Origin: a virus
Length of the DNA stretch: 64,000 nt
Strand: one strand, 5' to 3'
Virus record (IMG/VR): IMGVR_UViG_3300043313_000346
Location: 1 to 64,000 of that record
This document shows positions 27,231-34,861 of this stretch, piece by piece. Numbering within the stretch: the stretch's first letter is position 1; each line of letters begins with the position of its first letter. The notes beneath the pieces were generated by a model. The model did not search any database. It worked only from the letters and a program-made list of their open reading frames with translations, and was not told where the DNA came from. The position numbers were made by a program, and so were the translations under genes.

Positions 27231-28127
27231 ATGAACGCGAAAACGAAAGTGATCGCCTCGCCGCTGTCGCGGAAGGCAACGCTGGTGTCGGTCGACATCA
27301 GCCAATGGACGGCACGCAAGCTCGACAAGCGGGTGACGGACAAGGTCAACCGCGAGCACAACGCGGCCGACGACGCCGGCCGCTATCACAAGCTGCTGAT
27401 CGAGGCCAAGCGGCTCGAAGCGATCAACTCGCTGGTCGCGCAGGCACGCCGGCTGCACTACACGATGACGAAGCCGTGGGCCGACGAAGGCTTGCGCATC
27501 CTGCCGAACAAGCTGCACGAAAAGTTCGCCAGCGAGTTTCGCAAATTGAAGCGCGAGTTCGACGTGGCTGCTGATGACTTCTGCCGCGAATATCCGACGT
27601 TCATTGCCGAGCGCAAGAAAGCTCTCAACGGCTTGTTCAACGCGTCGGACTATCCGCCGGCCGATGAGATCAGGAGCAAGTTCCGGCTGACGACGAAGAC
27701 GTTCCCACTGCCTGAGTCGGATGACTTTCGCTCGGACGTGCTCGACGCGGACACGGTCGAAGACATCAAGCGCGAGCTTGCCGAGACGAACGAAGCGGTG
27801 CTTGCCGATGCGATGAAGCACACGGCCAAGCAGATCACCGAAGTCGTCGGGCACATGGCCGAGAAGCTGAAGGCGTACAAAAAGCCGGGCAAAGGTTCGC
27901 GCAGCTTTTTCTCGCACACGCTGGTCGAGAACGTGCGGCAGCTTGCCGAGCTTCTGCCGGCCTTCAATCTCGACAACGATCCGGCGCTCGACGCGATCGC
28001 CGATCGCATCAACAAAGAACTTTGCGTCGAAGACGCAGAGACACTGAGACACGACGACAACGCGAGGAAGTCGGTGGCCAAGAGCGCCGACGACATCCTG
28101 CGCGATGTCGAAAGCCTGCTCGGCTGA
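27231..28127 (+). CDS. DUF3150-like protein
   Basis: LVSVDISQWTARKLD and DYPPADEIRSKF; lies between the AAA and vWA genes. Confidence 0.65.
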   Translation: MNAKTKVIASPLSRKATLVSVDISQWTARKLDKRVTDKVNREHNAADDAGRYHKLLIEAKRLEAINSLVAQARRLHYTMTKPWADEGLRILPNKLHEKFASEFRKLKREFDVAADDFCREYPTFIAERKKALNGLFNASDYPPADEIRSKFRLTTKTFPLPESDDFRSDVLDADTVEDIKRELAETNEAVLADAMKHTAKQITEVVGHMAEKLKAYKKPGKGSRSFFSHTLVENVRQLAELLPAFNLDNDPALDAIADRINKELCVEDAETLRHDDNARKSVAKSADDILRDVESLLG

Positions 28128-28174
28128 GAGCGCGCCCGGCCGCAACCCGGGCGCTTTTCAAAATGGAGATGACA
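28125..28174 (+). repeat. Structured intergenic cassette element, copy C (last hairpin and RBS only)
   Basis: GCGCCCGG-CCGCAAC-CCGGGCGC..AAATGGAGA. Confidence 0.8.
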
Positions 28175-29614
28175 ATGCAGACGATCGACACGGTGACGGC
28201 ACAAGCCGCCGAGCGCGTGAGCAAGGCGCGCCAAGAACTGATCCTTGAGCGCACGTTCTACGGCGTGCTGGTCAGCCAAGTCGAGGCCAAGCCGTCGCGC
28301 GACTTCCCGACGATGGCGACGAACGGCCGGACGCACTTTTTCAATCCGGACTTCATCGCCTCTCTGTCGCAGGTCGAAGTGCTCGGCGTGCAGGCGCACG
28401 AGACCGAGCACGATGCGCGCCGCCATCACACGCGGCGCGGTAACCGCGATCCGCAAGAATGGAACGTGTGCTGCGATCTCGCGATCAACCCTGACCTGAT
28501 CCGCGCGGGCTTCAAGCTGCCGGAAGGCGCCCTGCTCGACTGGCGCTTCGAGGGCATGTCAGCCGAAGACATCTATCGGACGCGCGAGCTTGAGCGGCAG
28601 CCGCCGCAACAGCCGCAGCCCGAATCGGACAAATCGGACAAAGCGGACAAAGCGGACAAATCGGACAAATCGGACAAATCGGACGGAACCGATGGAACCG
28701 ACGGCGACGATGCCGACGGCGACGAAGGCGCTGGCGAGGGCGCTGGTGAAGCCGGCGAAGAGCCGGGCGACACTGGCACCGGCGAAGGCGCCGGCGACGC
28801 TGGCGAGCCCGGTGAGGGCACCGGCGAGGGCTCTGGCGAGGGCGAAGGCTCGGACGCTGGCAGCGATGCCGGCGAGGCCAAGCCGGGGCCGTCTTCGGGC
28901 GATCCCGGCCGCTGCGGCGAAGTGCTCGACGCGGCGGTTGATGCCGCCGAGCGGGCCGACGTCGACGCCAAATGGGAACGTGTCGTGCGCGAGGCCGCAA
29001 GCCTCGCACGCAAGCGCGGCGACGCTCCCGGGCACGTGTCGCGCGAGATCGAGCGGAACGATCATCCCCCGCAAGACTGGCGCGAGACTTTGCGTGCCTT
29101 TTTCGACGGCGGCGCGGTGACCACCGAAACGTGGTCGCGTCCGAACCGGCGCTTCATCGGCGGCGGGCTCTATCTGCCCGGCCGCGAGCGTGACGGCGTC
29201 AACCGCGTCGCCATGCTGGTCGACACGTCCGGTTCGATGGATGATGTCGCGCTTGCGGCGATCGGCGTCGAAGTGCAAGCGGCGCTCGATGAGAACATCA
29301 TCGACGAGCTTGTCGTGATCTACGGCGACACGCGGGTGACGCGCGTCGACACGTATCGCGGCGGCGACGAGATCGAGTTCGATCCGCGTGGCGGTGGCGG
29401 CACCCGGTTGATGCCGCTGTTCGATCACGTGGCGAACGAAGTCGATGCTTCGCTGATCGTGTGCTTCACCGACGGTGAGCACGAGATCACCAGCGCGCAC
29501 GCTGAGCCGGCTTGCCCGGTCCTGTTTGCGATCACCGGCTTCCCGCAGGACGTTCGCCACTACGTCGCGAATGCACCGTGGGGCGCCACCGCGATCGACG
29601 TCGGATCGCACTGA
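28175..29614 (+). CDS. DUF2201-like metallopeptidase + vWA domain protein
   Basis: TMATNG, HETEH (HExxH), WNVCCDLAIN, acidic Gly-rich linker, DTSGSM MIDAS motif, GGGGT and FTDG. Confidence 0.88.
   Translation: MQTIDTVTAQAAERVSKARQELILERTFYGVLVSQVEAKPSRDFPTMATNGRTHFFNPDFIASLSQVEVLGVQAHETEHDARRHHTRRGNRDPQEWNVCCDLAINPDLIRAGFKLPEGALLDWRFEGMSAEDIYRTRELERQPPQQPQPESDKSDKADKADKSDKSDKSDGTDGTDGDDADGDEGAGEGAGEAGEEPGDTGTGEGAGDAGEPGEGTGEGSGEGEGSDAGSDAGEAKPGPSSGDPGRCGEVLDAAVDAAERADVDAKWERVVREAASLARKRGDAPGHVSREIERNDHPPQDWRETLRAFFDGGAVTTETWSRPNRRFIGGGLYLPGRERDGVNRVAMLVDTSGSMDDVALAAIGVEVQAALDENIIDELVVIYGDTRVTRVDTYRGGDEIEFDPRGGGGTRLMPLFDHVANEVDASLIVCFTDGEHEITSAHAEPACPVLFAITGFPQDVRHYVANAPWGATAIDVGSH
28625..28685 (+). 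repeat. 9-bp in-frame tandem repeat (T/G)CGGACAAA
   Basis: About 6.5 copies, encoding SDK/ADK. Confidence 0.85.
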
Positions 29615-29705
29615 CCACTGCAGGGCGGCGTCGCAAGGCGCCGCCTCACAGTGTTCATGACGAACACCCGGCCCGCAACGCCGGATCACAAATGGAGTAA
29701 TGACA
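29612..29705 (+). repeat. Structured intergenic cassette element, copy D
   Basis: TGACCACTG-CA-GGGCGGCG..CGCCGCCT-CACAGTGTTC-ATGAC-GAACAC-CCGGC-CCGCAAC-GCCGG..AAATGGAG. Confidence 0.88.
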
Positions 29706-30104
29706 ATGAAAAAGCTTGGTGGAGTTCTGATCATCATCGTCGGCCTGATCTGGCTGAGCAACGGCAAGCCCGCCGACACGACGCCGGCATCGCCGTGCAA
29801 ATCCGATTGGACAAAATGCACCGACAACGCCGACATGGCGAACAACTTCGGCGGCTGGTCCGGCGTGCAATATGACTGCAAAAAACAGGCGGAAGAACTC
29901 GCCAAATACGGCACGCCAGAATGGCCGTGGTTCGCCTTCTCATCCTTCCGCCCCGGCAGCAACTACAGCACCGGCACCGTCACGGTGATCGAGCCCGATG
30001 CCAAATTCCAGAACGGCTTCGGCGCGATGGTGCGCTCGCGCGTGGTCTGTGAATACGATCTGCGCAGCAAGAAGGTGACCAACGTCGACATCAGCGCGCG
30101 ATGA
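29706..30104 (+). CDS. Exported/membrane-anchored Cys-containing protein
   Basis: MKK plus hydrophobic N-terminus; four Cys; QNGFGAMVR motif. Confidence 0.75.
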   Translation: MKKLGGVLIIIVGLIWLSNGKPADTTPASPCKSDWTKCTDNADMANNFGGWSGVQYDCKKQAEELAKYGTPEWPWFAFSSFRPGSNYSTGTVTVIEPDAKFQNGFGAMVRSRVVCEYDLRSKKVTNVDISAR

Positions 30105-30193
30105 GCACCACCGAGCGGCGCTTCGGCGCCGTTCCATAGTGCCCACGACGGACACTGCCGGCGCAACCGGCGCATCAAATGGAGACTTTCAAA
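30102..30193 (+). repeat. Structured intergenic cassette element, copy E
   Basis: Starts at TGA. GAGCGGCGC-TTCG-GCGCCGTTC; AGTGCCC..GGACACT; GCCGG-CGCAA-CCGGC; AAATGGAGA. Confidence 0.85.
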
Positions 30194-30403
30194 ATGGCGA
30201 ATCTCTACACCTACGAATGCCGCGCTTGCGGCTTCGCTCAAGTCTTCCGCGAAGACAACAGCATGCATTGCCCGCACTGCCGCGCGTGGCCGATGCGCGA
30301 GGCGCTGCCGAGCGTCGACGCGATGCTCGCGACGATCGACACCGTGATCGGCTGCGATGATACCGAGATGGCCGACAAGGCAACCCGGAGGGCAGCACGA
30401 TGA
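30194..30403 (+). CDS. Zinc-ribbon protein
   Basis: YTYECRACG...CPHC. Confidence 0.7.
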   Translation: MANLYTYECRACGFAQVFREDNSMHCPHCRAWPMREALPSVDAMLATIDTVIGCDDTEMADKATRRAAR

Positions 30404-30567
30404 GCCGGAAGACCGAAAGCAAGAAGGCCGCGCGCGTGCTGCGCGAAGTCTTCGACGCCAAGCTGCCAGTGCCCGGCGTGACCACGCGTGATCGCGACGC
30501 GGCGCTGTGGCTGGCGATCACGATCCTTGAAGCCCGCGCGCAAGATGCAGACAGTGAGGAAGGATAA
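30400..30567 (+). CDS. Hypothetical protein (55 aa)
   Basis: GGAGG RBS and ATGA overlap. Confidence 0.55.
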   Translation: MSRKTESKKAARVLREVFDAKLPVPGVTTRDRDAALWLAITILEARAQDADSEEG

Positions 30568-30570
30568 AAA

Positions 30571-30987
30571 ATGAAACATCTGACCAAGGCACAGGTAGCA
30601 ACGCGCGACGAACTGATCGCCGCGCTGCGCGGGAAAGACAAGGCGATCGATGATGCCATCATCGAGATCAACAACAAGATCGACGAAGTCAACGTGCTGA
30701 TCGAAGAGAACCTCAAGCCCGCGATCGACGACTACAACGGTGCGCTCGGCGATCTCGAAGAACTGCGCAATGAGATCGTCGGCCAGATGGACGACTATGT
30801 TAACGCGCGCTCTGAGAAGTGGAGCAACAGCGATGCCGGCGCGAACTATTCGTCGTGGAAGGACGAATGGGAAGGCATCGACATGAGCCCGCTCGACGAC
30901 ATCGAGCCGCTTGCACATCTCGAAGCATCGGACCCGGCACACGCCAACGAGTTCGAAGCGCTGTCGAGCGAGGTTCAAGAAGACTGA
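30571..30987 (+). CDS. Acidic helical protein
   Basis: D/E-rich; RSEKWSNSDAG motif. Confidence 0.7.
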   Translation: MKHLTKAQVATRDELIAALRGKDKAIDDAIIEINNKIDEVNVLIEENLKPAIDDYNGALGDLEELRNEIVGQMDDYVNARSEKWSNSDAGANYSSWKDEWEGIDMSPLDDIEPLAHLEASDPAHANEFEALSSEVQED

Positions 30988-31086
30988 GTGCTGCCAGAGC
31001 GGCGCGGGACAACTCGCGCCGCTTCACAGTGTTCATGCTGAGCACTCCCGCCGCAACGCGGGCAAAAATCCAAATGGAGAAAAACG
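30985..31086 (+). repeat. Structured intergenic cassette element, copy F
   Basis: Starts at TGA. GAGCGGCGCG..CGCGCCGCTT; AGTGTTC-ATGCT-GAGCACT; CCCGC-CGCAAC-GCGGG; AAATGGAGA. Confidence 0.88.
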
Positions 31087-31434
31087 ATGAAGTATCTACT
31101 GCCTCTTGCCGTCGCGCTTGCAATGACATCCGGCGCGAATGCCGGCTACACCGCCGGCGAGCTATTGAAGGAATGCAAGGCCGACTCGAAGAAAGCGGCT
31201 TGCGCGACCTATGTGACGGCTACATGGGATACATTCGAGGCACTGGCTTGGACTCATAAAGAGCTTGTCATTGCCAACATCTGCATCCCGCACGGCATCA
31301 CGGTCGTGCCGGCCGAGATGATCAAGCTCGCTGAAACGCGGATTCAGGAACAGAAGGCGACGCCGGATATGTCCGCTGCGGCGGTGCTGCTTGCTGGCCT
31401 GCGATCCAAGTTCAATTGTTTCGATCGACGCTGA
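31087..31434 (+). CDS. Rap1a/Tai-family immunity-like exported protein
   Basis: Signal peptide, then TAGELLKEC..CATYV..ICIP..AAAVLLAGLRSKFNC four-Cys pattern typical of Rap1a. Confidence 0.7.
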   Translation: MKYLLPLAVALAMTSGANAGYTAGELLKECKADSKKAACATYVTATWDTFEALAWTHKELVIANICIPHGITVVPAEMIKLAETRIQEQKATPDMSAAAVLLAGLRSKFNCFDRR

Positions 31435-31510
31435 TCACTGCAGAGCGGTGCCAAATCTGGCGCCGCTTTTCATGCCGGTCGCAACCCGGCTCAACAAATG
31501 GAGAACTGAA
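31432..31510 (+). repeat. Structured intergenic cassette element, copy G (middle hairpin missing)
   Basis: TGATCACTGCAGAGCGGTGCC..GGCGCCGCTT; GCCGG-TCGCAAC-CCGGC; AAATGGAGA. Confidence 0.85.
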
Positions 31511-32164
31511 ATGAAGACGCTGAAATGCGTCGCGCTCGCTGCCGCACTGCTCGCCAGTGCTTCGAGCGCGCACGCTGCAATGAAGGCCTACCAGACATCC
31601 GGCCTTTGGTCCGCGAATGCCGGCACGGCCAACGACGGCACGCCGATGTGCTCGATGAGCATCCAAGACAAGGAACGCGCGGCCTTCATCAAGTGGCAGG
31701 CGGGAAGCGAAAATCTGTTCGTGCAGGTTTATAAGTCAAGCTGGAATATCCCGATCGGCACAACGATGCCGATGACGATCCAGTTTGATCGCGCCGAGCC
31801 GTTCAAGGGGACCGCGACATCGATTCCCGGTGGCAACGGGCAGATGATCGAAGTGTCTCTCAAAAACGAGGAAGGCAGCACGATCCCCCGGTCGTTCATG
31901 GAGGAATTCGCATCGGCGGTGAAGATGTACTTCATCTTTCCCGGCGGCAACGAAACGCTATGGTCCGCACCGATGGAAGGCTCGCGCATCATCGCCGGAT
32001 CGTTTGCGAAATGCGTGATCGACTATTCCAAATATGCGACGCCCAAGACGCAGCCGCACAAGGGCGGTGGCGGCGGCGGGGCGACGCAGCCGCACAACAG
32101 CACCCCGGCTGAGCCGGTGGCGCCACCACCACTGAGCGGCAGCGCCAAACGCAACGACATCTAA
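31511..32164 (+). CDS. Exported protein
   Basis: Sec signal peptide ending AHA; beta-rich domain with two Cys; Pro/Gly-rich tail. Confidence 0.75.
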   Translation: MKTLKCVALAAALLASASSAHAAMKAYQTSGLWSANAGTANDGTPMCSMSIQDKERAAFIKWQAGSENLFVQVYKSSWNIPIGTTMPMTIQFDRAEPFKGTATSIPGGNGQMIEVSLKNEEGSTIPRSFMEEFASAVKMYFIFPGGNETLWSAPMEGSRIIAGSFAKCVIDYSKYATPKTQPHKGGGGGGATQPHNSTPAEPVAPPPLSGSAKRNDI

Positions 32165-32167
32165 AGG

Positions 32168-32267
32168 TGACCACTGCAGAGCGGCGTGCCACAAGCGCGC
32201 CGCTCGACAGTGTTCATGCGAACACTCGCCCGCCGCAACCGGGCGCAAAAAAATGGAGAACCTTACA
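32168..32267 (+). repeat. Structured intergenic cassette element, copy H
   Basis: TGACCACTGCAGAGCGGCG..CGCCGCTC-GACAGTGTTC-ATGC-GAACACT-CGCCCG-CCGCAAC-CGGGCG..AAATGGAGA. Confidence 0.88.
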
Positions 32268-32498
32268 ATGACGATAAAGTCCCTCATCCTGACGGCGGCG
32301 CTCTTGCTCGCCGGCCCGCACATGCTGCGCGCCGATGACGCCAAGGGCGCGGCCGATGACGCATCCCGCGAATGGAGTCCGATCGAGGTTGTCTACTTCT
32401 GCAATCTTCCTCTGGCCGAAGCCAAGATCGAGAACTGCACGGCAGCGCAGCCGAAGCGACAGCGACAAGCGCGCTTGCGCAAGAAGGTGATCCGATGA
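32268..32498 (+). CDS. Small exported protein
   Basis: Signal-peptide-like N-terminus and two Cys. Confidence 0.6.
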   Translation: MTIKSLILTAALLLAGPHMLRADDAKGAADDASREWSPIEVVYFCNLPLAEAKIENCTAAQPKRQRQARLRKKVIR

Positions 32499-32905
32499 AA
32501 CCCACCAAGCGCGAATGCGGCGGCTGCACGCTGTGCTGCAAGTTGTTGGCTGTGCCGGCGATCGAGAAGCCGCAAGACAAGTGGTGCAAGCACTGCACCA
32601 TCGGTGTCGGCTGCGCGATCAACGGCAGCGAGCAGCGACCAGAGGCTTGCGGCCTGTTCGATTGCCTCTGGCTGCAAGGCTACGGCGACGACAACATGCG
32701 GCCCGACAAATCGAAGGTCGTCATGGGCATGACGTCGGACGGCAAAAGCCTCGTGCTCTATGTCGATCCGTCGCGGCCGGAAGCGTTCCGCGAACCGGCG
32801 ATCGACAAGACGATCGACAAGCTGATCGCGAACGGCATGAAGGTGTTCGTCGTATGCGGCGACAAGCGCCGGATGATCTCAAACCAAAATGGAGAACCGA
32901 CATGA
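32495..32905 (+). CDS. CxxCxxCC (YkgJ-like) cysteine-cluster protein
   Basis: CGGCTLCCK..C..C..C..RPEAC..C. Confidence 0.78.
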   Translation: MKPTKRECGGCTLCCKLLAVPAIEKPQDKWCKHCTIGVGCAINGSEQRPEACGLFDCLWLQGYGDDNMRPDKSKVVMGMTSDGKSLVLYVDPSRPEAFREPAIDKTIDKLIANGMKVFVVCGDKRRMISNQNGEPT

Positions 32906-33147
32906 CGAACGAAGAGAAAGACCTGCTGCGCCGAATCGCAACGGTGCTGCAACAGCCGCGCAATCGCTTCGGCTGCATTCAAGGCGGGGCGTCGCACGCG
33001 CGCGACGCTGCGCCGGCTGATCTGGTGAAGCGCCTGCCGCACGGCGGCGTCGACGCTGCTGATCAGTGCGCCATGCTCCTGCAGTCGCTGATCGGCGATC
33101 CGGTGATGTCGATCGGCGACATGGGCAACATGAGGACTCGGGCATGA
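32902..33147 (+). CDS. Hypothetical protein
   Basis: AAAATGGAGA RBS and ATGA overlap. Confidence 0.6.
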   Translation: MTNEEKDLLRRIATVLQQPRNRFGCIQGGASHARDAAPADLVKRLPHGGVDAADQCAMLLQSLIGDPVMSIGDMGNMRTRA

Positions 33148-33803
33148 CCGACATTTGGCCCGTGATCCATCTCTCAACCGTCGACAAGCTCACGGTCGAG
33201 AACGCCAGCATGGCCGCGCGCTGCGGCTGTCCCGGCGTGTTTCTCATCTCGATGAGCGGCTACGACGACGCGGTCGATCCTGCGGCGGCGCTGATCCGGC
33301 GCGAAGTGCCGGGGCTCAAGATCGGCATCAACCTGCTGACCAAGTCGCCATCGTGGGCGGTGTGCCACAGCATGAACCAAGGCTATGACGCGACATGGTC
33401 CGACTTTGCGTGGCAGGGCACCGGCGTTGATGCCTACATCGAGAAGGCCGGCGTCGATCACAAGTTCTTCGCCGCCGTCGCGTTCAAGGGCGAGACGCAC
33501 AACGAGCCGGACCCGCACGCGAGCGCGCGCGAGGCCGTGGCGCGCGGATTTATTCCGATGACGAGCGGCAGCGGCACCGGCGTCACCGCGCCGTTCGAGA
33601 AGATCGAGCGGCTGCGCAAGGCGATCGGTCCCGCCGCGCCTCTCGCGATGAGCGGCGTGCATCCACCGCACGCCGATCGGTTGGTGCCGCTGGTGACGCA
33701 CTTCCTCGTCGCCACGTGCATCAGCCGGGACTTCTACACGTTCGATGAAGCGATGCTGCAATACTTGATCGGCAAGACTGCCGGCGCTTCTGTTGTTGCC
33801 TGA
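33144..33803 (+). CDS. BtpA/SgcQ-like TIM-barrel protein
   Basis: PVIH, GVFLI, IGINLL, VAFK and TSGSGTG motifs. Confidence 0.6.
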   Translation: MTDIWPVIHLSTVDKLTVENASMAARCGCPGVFLISMSGYDDAVDPAAALIRREVPGLKIGINLLTKSPSWAVCHSMNQGYDATWSDFAWQGTGVDAYIEKAGVDHKFFAAVAFKGETHNEPDPHASAREAVARGFIPMTSGSGTGVTAPFEKIERLRKAIGPAAPLAMSGVHPPHADRLVPLVTHFLVATCISRDFYTFDEAMLQYLIGKTAGASVVA

Positions 33804-33810
33804 ATCAAAA

Positions 33811-33846
33811 TCCCCGGCCGAGCTTCACGCTCGACCGGGGACTCTT
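33811..33846 (+). terminator. Hairpin, probable terminator
   Basis: TCCCCGGCCGAGC-TTCAC-GCTCGACCGGGGA, with only a weak U-tract. Confidence 0.5.
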
Positions 33847-34023
33847 GCTCGTGCGATCGCAACTTCGGCAACGAGCCTCGCGATCGGACCAAATGGAGAA
33901 AGCCCCGATTCGCGAGTGGGTGTCATTTAAGCGCACTTGGAACTTTTTTCAACTTTTGGCCGCTTCGAAGGCACGTGCGGTCTTCATCGCTTTTGCTTCA
34001 ATAGCTTGGGGCTGGAAGCATCA

Positions 34024-34040
34024 TGTAACAAGTTGTGACA
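34024..34040. promoter_or_regulatory. Operator-like box
   Basis: TGTAACA-AGT-TGTGACA upstream of the first XRE gene. Confidence 0.6.
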
Positions 34041-34108
34041 AATTTTTGCGAACGCCCAACGGAGGTTAGAATTTCGACAGGCAAAAAATACAGTTTCCCA
34101 AGGCGGCT

Positions 34109-34333
34109 ATGCGAAGACGAACGGCTCAATTTGTTAGACTCGCGCGCGCTAAGCTCAAGATGACACAAGCAGAATTTGCGAAACGGCTTGGGCTCGAACG
34201 TCGCAGCATCTTGCGATACGAGAAGGGCGAACCGTTGCCACCGACGGTGTACTTCGCGATCAAATTTCTGGTCGCGCGTGACAGGCTCAACAAGCAACGA
34301 GCCAAAGAGCGGATCAACAAAAGAGCCAATTAA
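34109..34333 (+). CDS. XRE-family HTH regulator (paralog 1)
   Basis: RAKLKMTQAEFAKRLGLERRSILRYEKG. Confidence 0.85.
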   Translation: MRRRTAQFVRLARAKLKMTQAEFAKRLGLERRSILRYEKGEPLPPTVYFAIKFLVARDRLNKQRAKERINKRAN

Positions 34334-34508
34334 AGCGCTCTGCCCTCCCCTTCTCTAGCTTCCTTCCCCTCCCCAAAGCTGTGCAAGAACTTGCACACCT
34401 TCAAAGGTGTTGCGGTGCGACCTTGCGCACTCACGCGGCTTAGTGACATCTTATGACTCGCAAATGCCGGGAGCCCCCGGAAAAATACCTGCGATGAAAA
34501 GAGGCGAG

Positions 34509-34769
34509 ATGACTACGACGGACTTCGCTACCGACACGATGACTCCAATGAAGAGCACTGCAGGCTTCGTGAAGCGTGCGCGTGCGAAGCTCCAGATGAC
34601 TCAGGGTGAATTCGCTGAGCGTCTCGGGCTCGAACGCCGCACCATCATAAGATACGAGAAAGGCGAGCCTCTGCCTCCGACGGTTTACTTCGCAATCAAG
34701 CATCTGGTCTCACGTCATAAGCTCAACAAGCAAAGAGCCAAAGACCGAGCGACCGCCAAGGAAGACTAA
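34509..34769 (+). CDS. XRE-family HTH regulator (paralog 2)
   Basis: RAKLQMTQGEFAERLGLERRTIIRYEKG, highly similar to paralog 1. The start is uncertain. Confidence 0.85.
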   Translation: MTTTDFATDTMTPMKSTAGFVKRARAKLQMTQGEFAERLGLERRTIIRYEKGEPLPPTVYFAIKHLVSRHKLNKQRAKDRATAKED

Positions 34770-34861
34770 CGCGCCTGATTTTTCGTTCACCTAACCGCCC
34801 GTGCTTCACCGCTTGAAGCGCGACGCGGGACAACGCTGTCTCAGAGAGGACAAAAGCCATT

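Noticed and set aside
25959-28145. 728-aa minus-strand ORF and similar long antisense ORFs (e.g. 17466..18815, 28559..29962, 56604..58010, 60538..62019)
   Set aside because: These are shadow frames of well-supported genes in high-GC DNA, with no motifs or RBS.
26019-32267. CRISPR array interpretation of the intergenic repeats
   Set aside because: The repeats are degenerate and separated by whole genes of 0.3-1.4 kb rather than 30-40 bp spacers, and there are no cas genes.
26019-32267. Classical integron (attC) interpretation
   Set aside because: There are no RYYYAAC/GTTRRRY ends (GTTCATG does not fit). The only integrase is a phage-type enzyme with its own attP about 7 kb away and no visible IntI insertion.
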